Shown here: in pieces, positions 27,413 to 32,000 of the stretch
Position numbering within the stretch: position 1 is the first letter of the stretch
Layout: each line of letters opens with the position of its first letter
Source of the DNA: an uncultured Clostridia bacterium
GTDB lineage: Bacteria > Bacillota_I > Bacilli_A > RF39 > UBA660
Direction: 5' to 3'
Length of the DNA stretch: 32,000 nt
Assembly (NCBI GenBank): GCA_947643225.1
Contig: CANRVH010000006.1
Span: forward strand, 18,330 to 50,329
Program-made: the position numbers and the translations under genes
Notes under the pieces: generated by a model
What the model was told of the DNA's origin: nothing
Database searches by the model: none
Seen by the model: the letters and a program-made list of their open reading frames with translations, nothing else

Positions 27413-27465
27413 ATTTGTCACCTGTAATTATTATATCATAAAATGGAATATTATGGAAAATAAAA

Positions 27466-28491
27466 TTAATTTTTTGTGGGATTCGTCCAATTCTTTAGCT
27501 TTCTACTTTCCTTAGTATTTTTTATGTGATGATAAAAAGCATTTTTTCTAATATAGATATATTCATCATCTATAATGTTCATCTTTTTTAATTTAGATAA
27601 ATTTTTCAAGTGTTGATATAGTCTTCTTTTAGAAGATGATCTAAGTTTTTTTATTATCTTTCCACTTTTCAATAAAATATGACGATATCCTAAAAAATCA
27701 ATACCATTTTCGACTTTTCCTATTTGAGTTTTATTATTTAATGATAAATGCAATTTATTTTGACATATATTCCCTATTTCTTTTTGGCATACTTGTAAAA
27801 ATTTTTTATCTCTATGAATTAAAATCATATCATCCATATATCTAATATATCCTTTTACTCTTAATTTTTCTTTAATATATCTATCTACTAAATTCAAATA
27901 TAATAACGCAAACCATTGACTAGACTGATTTCCTAATGGTAAACCTATTTTACAGTGATTAGGTTGTTCTTTTATTATTTTTTCTATAAACCATGTCTCT
28001 TCTTCAGAAAATTCAATTTTTTTCAATAATTGAAGTAAGATGTTATGATCTATACTAGAAAAATATTTACTAATATCACACTTTAGAAAATATATTTCAT
28101 TGTTTTTTTGTTTATTATATTCTATTCTTAAAAATTTTTCTAATCTTTTTATTGCAAAATCAGTTCCTTTTTCTTTTCTACAAGCAGCATTATCGTAAAT
28201 TAACTTTTTTTCTATTTTTGGTTTTAAGGACACTTCACAGAAACATCTTATGATTACACGATCTTTATAAGGCAATGCTTCGATTATTCTTTTTTTTGGT
28301 TCATATATAGAAAACACTTTATATTTGTTAAATTTGTATTTTTTCGTTATGATTTCTTTTCTTATATTATGTAAATTGTATGATAAATTTGTTTCAAATC
28401 TAATTACTTCTCCTTTTTGTTGCTTTGATTTTCGACAATTTTTATGTGCTTCATATAAATTTTCAAAAGTGAAAATTTCTGATAATTTCAT
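27466..28491 (-). CDS. DGR-type reverse transcriptase
   Basis: 341 aa with the RT motifs IYEPKKRIIEALPYKDRVI, FLKCDISKYFSSIDH, GLPLGNQSSQWFALLYLN (the [ILV]GxxxSQ motif that separates DGR RTs from retron and group II RTs), RYMDDMILI (YMDD) and FLGYR. AGGGAG Shine-Dalgarno. The TR lies 250 nt upstream on the same strand. Confidence 0.88.
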   Translation of the reverse strand: MKLSEIFTFENLYEAHKNCRKSKQQKGEVIRFETNLSYNLHNIRKEIITKKYKFNKYKVFSIYEPKKRIIEALPYKDRVIIRCFCEVSLKPKIEKKLIYDNAACRKEKGTDFAIKRLEKFLRIEYNKQKNNEIYFLKCDISKYFSSIDHNILLQLLKKIEFSEEETWFIEKIIKEQPNHCKIGLPLGNQSSQWFALLYLNLVDRYIKEKLRVKGYIRYMDDMILIHRDKKFLQVCQKEIGNICQNKLHLSLNNKTQIGKVENGIDFLGYRHILLKSGKIIKKLRSSSKRRLYQHLKNLSKLKKMNIIDDEYIYIRKNAFYHHIKNTKESRKLKNWTNPTKN

Positions 28492-28893
28492 TATATTCTC
28501 CCTAAATTATAAGTTTTTATTGATTTATTTCATCATAAGAAAAGACACCTCTTATAACCTTCAAAGTTTTTTAACGTTGAAAAGTGTAAGTGTCTATATT
28601 TTTCCATCGCACTAATTTCTTTTAGCGATTAGAAAAGAGAAAGGTTCCTTCACTTTATCGTATAGATATGTTTTTCTTAAAACATATTTTTCTAACGCGT
28701 TTTTTAGATTCACATTTAGTAAAATCTCTTCAAAAGTGAATCTGGGCGAGCACCTCCAGAACGGTTTTGAACATTGTTGTTATTACTATTACCATTCTAG
28801 TTCACAACGCGGGCGAACGAGGAGAGGGGCTCAACACAAACAGGCCTAAAAATTAACCTTTTCCCTTAATTAAAAGCCTTTCAGCTTAAAATC
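28492..28893 (-). ncRNA. DGR RNA region: non-coding leader, TR, and a 250-nt structured spacer between TR and RT
   Basis: No credible minus-strand ORF between the avd stop (28894) and the RT start (28491). Contains the TR plus inverted repeats at 28706-28713/28736-28743 and 28666-28674/28679-28687. The true RNA ends are unknown. Confidence 0.55.
28742..28815 (-). repeat. DGR template repeat (TR)
   Basis: Minus-strand sequence CGCCCGCGTTGTG AAC TAG AAT GGT AAT AGT AAT AAC AAC AAT GTT CAA AAC CGT TCT GGAGGTGCTCGCCCAG. It is AAY-rich, has a stop in the VR frame, is intergenic, and sits between the avd-like gene and the RT. Confidence 0.88.
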
Positions 28894-29478
28894 CTAATTT
28901 CTTTTTTTAAATCTTTCATCATCACTTTTTTTCCAAGCTGTTGTTAGATTTATTGCTTCTGCTATTTGTTTGGCAATCTGTTTATATTGTTTTTTTAATA
29001 TACATCCTGAACTTTCTGCTACCATGGAAATATATCCTAGTAATTTTAGTTTTATAATTGCTTCTTTTTGATATTCTTCCCTTTTTTGTTTATGCTCTAT
29101 GCTATCTACTCTAATGAAATTGGCTTGTAATAAGTCTTCTAATATTTCTAAACAGTAGTTTTGCATTCTGTTAACAAAAACTCCTCTAAACTTTTTGGGA
29201 GATTTTTCTGTTATTGTGATCATATAAGCTCCTAATTTTTTCACTACGGTTATTACAATTAGTTCGCTTGAATTAAAAGGGATTTTTGATATTATTTCCA
29301 ATTCTTGATCTTCTTCTTTTGCTAATTCTTTTAATTTGGATATATTTATTTTTTTATGATTAGCTATTGCTATCGATTTTTTTACTTCAATTTTATCTTC
29401 AATGTTATTAATTGTATTTTCAAATTGTTCTATTTTTTTTGGAATTTTTAAATTATGATCTCTACTAACTTGAATCAT
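28894..29478 (-). CDS. avd: Avd-like accessory variability determinant (four-helix-bundle family) with an N-terminal extension
   Basis: The C-terminal ~130 aa (SPKKFRGVFVNRMQNYCLEILEDLLQANF...REEYQKEAIIKLKLLGYISMVAESSGCILKKQYKQIAKQIAEAINLTTAWKKS, basic tail) fits the Avd / 23S-rRNA-IVS four-helix-bundle pattern, including the terminal x-x-x-W-x-K motif. Located immediately upstream of the TR. At 194 aa it is longer than typical Avd. Confidence 0.65.
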   Translation of the reverse strand: MIQVSRDHNLKIPKKIEQFENTINNIEDKIEVKKSIAIANHKKINISKLKELAKEEDQELEIISKIPFNSSELIVITVVKKLGAYMITITEKSPKKFRGVFVNRMQNYCLEILEDLLQANFIRVDSIEHKQKREEYQKEAIIKLKLLGYISMVAESSGCILKKQYKQIAKQIAEAINLTTAWKKSDDERFKKRN

Positions 29479-29532
29479 TTAGCACCTTCTAACTAATCAT
29501 ACTTTTTGGAGAAAATATTTCTCTCTTTGTTT

Positions 29533-29561
29533 ATTCTAGTATAGACAAGTTTTTTCGTCAA
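29533..29561 (-). promoter_or_regulatory. candidate sigmaA-type promoter of the avd-TR-RT-target operon
   Basis: The minus strand reads TTGACG (29561-29556), a 17-nt spacer, then TAGAAT (29538-29533), about 55 nt upstream of the avd ATG (Shine-Dalgarno GAAGGTG). Confidence 0.5.
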
Positions 29562-29607
29562 GAATTATTTTCAGCTGAGTTAAATTACTTCTTTCATATA
29601 AAAAGAA

Positions 29608-30135
29608 TTATATAGTTTTATCTTCTTCTATATAATTCTCTTTTACTTCCTCTTCAATTTTATCTCCTACATCATCTAATATCTCGTCCCAAGGATCTTC
29701 CTCTTCACTTGTTTCTATTTTTACTTTTTCGTCGCCAACAAGCTCAATTCCTAATTCTTTTTCTATTGTATAAACAATATCATTTCCTTCGATATCCACT
29801 TTTATACAACTTGGTTGTTTTAGACTTCTAACAATAATTTCTTCATTTACAACATCTCTATTATTTTTAATTGTTACTATCTCGTTGTAATTATCTGTTT
29901 GCTTAATCACATCAGTTTTTGTATCATTATCATATGAATACCAAATATTAACATCATAATTTCCAGTAATATTTACTTTTTCACCGACTTTTTGTCCTTG
30001 AAAGTTATGATTGATTACCCAGCAACCAAGAATTGTTGATGGAGTATTTTCTACAGTTTTTTTATTTGTAGTAGTAAAAGTTTTTTTGCCTTTACCAATG
30101 ACCGTTTTCGTTACAATTTCACGATAATTTGCCAC
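29608..30135 (-). CDS. cotE: outer spore coat morphogenetic protein CotE
   Basis: MANYREIVTKTVIGKGKK...STILGCWVINHNF...NITGNYDVNIWYSYDNDTKTDV... with an acidic C-terminal tail closely parallels Bacillus CotE (YREIITKAVV..SSILGGWIINH..YDINVWYSY). It lies next to ymcA and miaB, as in Bacillus. Confidence 0.82.
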   Translation of the reverse strand: MANYREIVTKTVIGKGKKTFTTTNKKTVENTPSTILGCWVINHNFQGQKVGEKVNITGNYDVNIWYSYDNDTKTDVIKQTDNYNEIVTIKNNRDVVNEEIIVRSLKQPSCIKVDIEGNDIVYTIEKELGIELVGDEKVKIETSEEEDPWDEILDDVGDKIEEEVKENYIEEDKTI

Positions 30136-30256
30136 TATAATCCCTCCTCTAGTTTAGTTTATGCTTTAGAGAGGGAAAACTACACAAAAAAAGTTATTAA
30201 ATATTATTTATAAGATGTGGGTATATTTTTTAATCTTTACTTTTGGTAGTTATTCA

Positions 30257-30607
30257 TTATTCAGATTCGAAAGATGTTACTTGTTTAAAATAGTCATTCA
30301 ATTCCTCTTTGATTATTTCTATTTGAATATTGACTTTTTCTAAATAATAATTATACAAAGTATATAATTTATGATTATTTAATTCTTCTACTTTTTGATC
30401 AAGTTCTTTCTTTATTAATTGATCATGATTATTTCTAATATATTTTTTTTGTATTTTTTTTACTTCTTCTATTAAATCTAATAATTGTTGATCTTTTTTC
30501 ATTTTTTCTTTTAATTCATTACATTTTATATATTCTTCGCTATTTTTTATATAATTAATTATATCCATCAAGGACTTTTTGCTTTCTTTACTTAGATAAC
30601 TTTCCAT
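30257..30607 (-). CDS. YmcA/YlbF-family (RicA-like) regulatory protein
   Basis: 116-aa helical protein lying between miaB and cotE, the position of ymcA in Bacillus. The call rests mainly on synteny and helical, charged composition. Its start overlaps the miaB stop region by 20 nt. Confidence 0.55.
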   Translation of the reverse strand: MESYLSKESKKSLMDIINYIKNSEEYIKCNELKEKMKKDQQLLDLIEEVKKIQKKYIRNNHDQLIKKELDQKVEELNNHKLYTLYNYYLEKVNIQIEIIKEELNDYFKQVTSFESE

Positions 30608-32000
30608 CTAAACTCCACGTTTTGGCATCGGTAATTGTAACTGATACTAAATCTCCTTCTTTTATATTTTCTCCAGTAAAATTAACTAATTTATTTGTTT
30701 TTGTATATCCATAATATTGGTTTTCTTTTTTGATAGACTTTCCTTCTACTAGAACTTCTACTGTTTGATTTTCTAACTTTTTATTATTTTCTAGAAAATA
30801 ATAATTTACTAAGTTATTTAATTTTTGTAATCTTTCTTCTTTTATCCTATATTCTATATTATCTTTTAGTTTAGCTGCTGGGGTATTTTCTCGTGGTGAA
30901 TAAATAAACGTAAAAGCATTATCATACTTACAATGATTTACTACATCTAGTGTTTCTTTAAAGTCTTCTTCAGACTCTTGAGGAAATCCCACTATGATAT
31001 CGGTTGATATACTCACATCAGGAATCTTTTCTTTCATTTTATCAAATAATTCTAAATAGCTTTCTTTTGTATAACGTCTACCCATTAATTTTAATATTCT
31101 GCTACTTCCTGATTGTAGGGGTAGATGAATACTTGGCATGATATTGGAATATTTACTGATTACATCAATCATTTTATCTGTAAAGTCCCATGGATGAGAA
31201 GTTGTGAATCTAATTCTAGCAATCTTTGTTTTACTTACATCTTCTAAAAGTTCTCCCAATCCATATTCTTCATATAAATCTTTTCCATAGGCATTAACGT
31301 TTTGACCTAGTAGAGTTACTTCCTTATAACCATCTTGTACTAACTCTTTTATTTCCTTTAAGATATCTTCTTTTTTCCTACTACGTTCTCCTCCTCTAGT
31401 AAAAGGAACAATACAATAGGTGCAAAATTTATCACATCCATAGATAATATTTACATATGCTTTATAATTATTTTCTCTTCTTACTGGGATATTTTCTATT
31501 AAATCACCCTCTTTAGAAAATACTTCTATTTCTTGTTTATTTTCTGTTAAGGCTTTATCAATAATTAATGGTAGACGATATAGATTGTGTGTTCCAAATA
31601 CGAAATTTACAAATTTATATTTTTTTAAGATTTCTTCTACTACTCCTACTTCTTGGGCCATACAGCCACAAAGTCCAATGATTAAGTCTTTCTTTTGTCC
31701 TTTTAGGTGTTTTAGTCTTCCTAACATTCCAAATGCTTTATTATGAGCATTTTCTCTTATGGAGCAGGTATTTAATAATACTAAATCGGCTTTTGTATAA
31801 TCTTCTTGTTCACTAAATCCTATACTTTCAAGCATTGCTTTTATATTTTCACTGTCATGTTCGTTCATTTGGCAACCATATGTTTTTAAAAAATAAGTTT
31901 TACCACTATATTTACCAATATAGTTATCATCCAAATTGTATTCTACTCGTTTATATTTCTTATTTCTTACTTTTGCTTCTTTGTAATTGGGCAATTGCAT
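30588..32000 (-). CDS. miaB: tRNA-2-methylthio-N6-dimethylallyladenosine synthase MiaB
   Basis: N-terminal UPF0004 cysteines (TYGCQMN...NTCSIRE...GCMA), radical-SAM triad CDKFCTYCIVP, and a C-terminal TRAM domain. The ATG sits exactly at the window edge (31998-32000), so the true start could be further upstream. Confidence 0.9.
   Translation of the reverse strand: MQLPNYKEAKVRNKKYKRVEYNLDDNYIGKYSGKTYFLKTYGCQMNEHDSENIKAMLESIGFSEQEDYTKADLVLLNTCSIRENAHNKAFGMLGRLKHLKGQKKDLIIGLCGCMAQEVGVVEEILKKYKFVNFVFGTHNLYRLPLIIDKALTENKQEIEVFSKEGDLIENIPVRRENNYKAYVNIIYGCDKFCTYCIVPFTRGGERSRKKEDILKEIKELVQDGYKEVTLLGQNVNAYGKDLYEEYGLGELLEDVSKTKIARIRFTTSHPWDFTDKMIDVISKYSNIMPSIHLPLQSGSSRILKLMGRRYTKESYLELFDKMKEKIPDVSISTDIIVGFPQESEEDFKETLDVVNHCKYDNAFTFIYSPRENTPAAKLKDNIEYRIKEERLQKLNNLVNYYFLENNKKLENQTVEVLVEGKSIKKENQYYGYTKTNKLVNFTGENIKEGDLVSVTITDAKTWSLDGKLSK

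Larger units (their letters stand above)
23738..29561 (-). mobile_element. DGR cassette plus linked effector genes: promoter, avd, TR, RT, VR-lectin::MoxR AAA+, small ORF, metallopeptidase-vWA
   Basis: All genes are co-directional with gaps of 45 nt or less, or ATGA overlaps, downstream of the RT. A single upstream promoter is predicted. The region sits between cotE and the rpsP promoter. This is a retroelement, not a transposable unit. No integrase or flanking direct repeats seen. Confidence 0.7.

Noticed and set aside
27466-28893. Retron interpretation: an RT with an upstream structured non-coding region and a downstream ATPase effector
   Set aside because: The non-coding region contains a 74-nt copy of a segment of the downstream gene that differs almost only at adenines. 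The RT has the DGR-type LGNxxSQ motif, and an Avd-like gene precedes the repeat. I saw no msr/msd-style flanking a1/a2 inverted repeats with a branching G context.
1-32000. Alternative genetic code (TGA=Trp, Mollicutes-like), suggested by the extreme AT content
   Set aside because: Long conserved genes (priA, prkC, miaB, rlmN) are intact under the standard code, and TGA clearly serves as a stop (the ATGA overlap at 25379-25382, and the stops at 23116-23118 and 23125-23127). The TAA at 2938-2940 is therefore a genuine nonsense mutation.
1-32000. CRISPR arrays, tRNA/rRNA genes, IS elements or prophage genes
   Set aside because: Scanning by eye found no regularly spaced direct repeats, no tRNA-like or rRNA-like GC-rich structured segments, and no transposase, integrase or phage structural ORFs in the six-frame track.

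Overview
Very AT-rich chromosomal segment from a low-GC Bacillota-type genome. The standard code applies, since TGA is used as a stop. cotE and a miaB-ymcA-cotE neighbourhood suggest an endospore-former lineage. Nearly all genes lie on the minus strand. The backbone is housekeeping: ferredoxin, queH, zupT, then a Bacillus-like priA-fmt-rlmN-prpC-prkC-rsgA-rpe block, then rseP, cdsA, rpsP, khpA, cotE and miaB. Lineage-specific envelope genes interrupt it: an 889-aa modular prepilin-like protein, a surface protein with a poly-G tract inside its promoter spacer, a decayed paralogue of that protein, a 3D-domain protein and several bitopic membrane proteins. The main finding is a compact operon at about 23.7-29.6 kb, between cotE and the rpsP promoter. 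It is a diversity-generating retroelement (DGR), not a retron. It comprises an Avd-like gene, a 74-nt template repeat (TR, 28742-28815), a structured spacer and a reverse transcriptase (RT) with the DGR-type LGNxxSQ and YMDD motifs. A variable repeat (VR, 27133-27206) differs from the TR at 12 positions, 11 of them TR adenines. The VR lies in the N-terminal lectin-like module of an apparently cytoplasmic MoxR-type AAA+ ATPase, not at the C-terminus of a surface or phage protein. That gene is translationally coupled to a small unknown protein and an HExxH metallopeptidase-vWA protein. I read this as a candidate DGR-diversified intracellular sensor/NTPase/vWA-protease system, possibly a conflict or defence system. 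No tRNA, rRNA, CRISPR array, transposase or integrase was seen.
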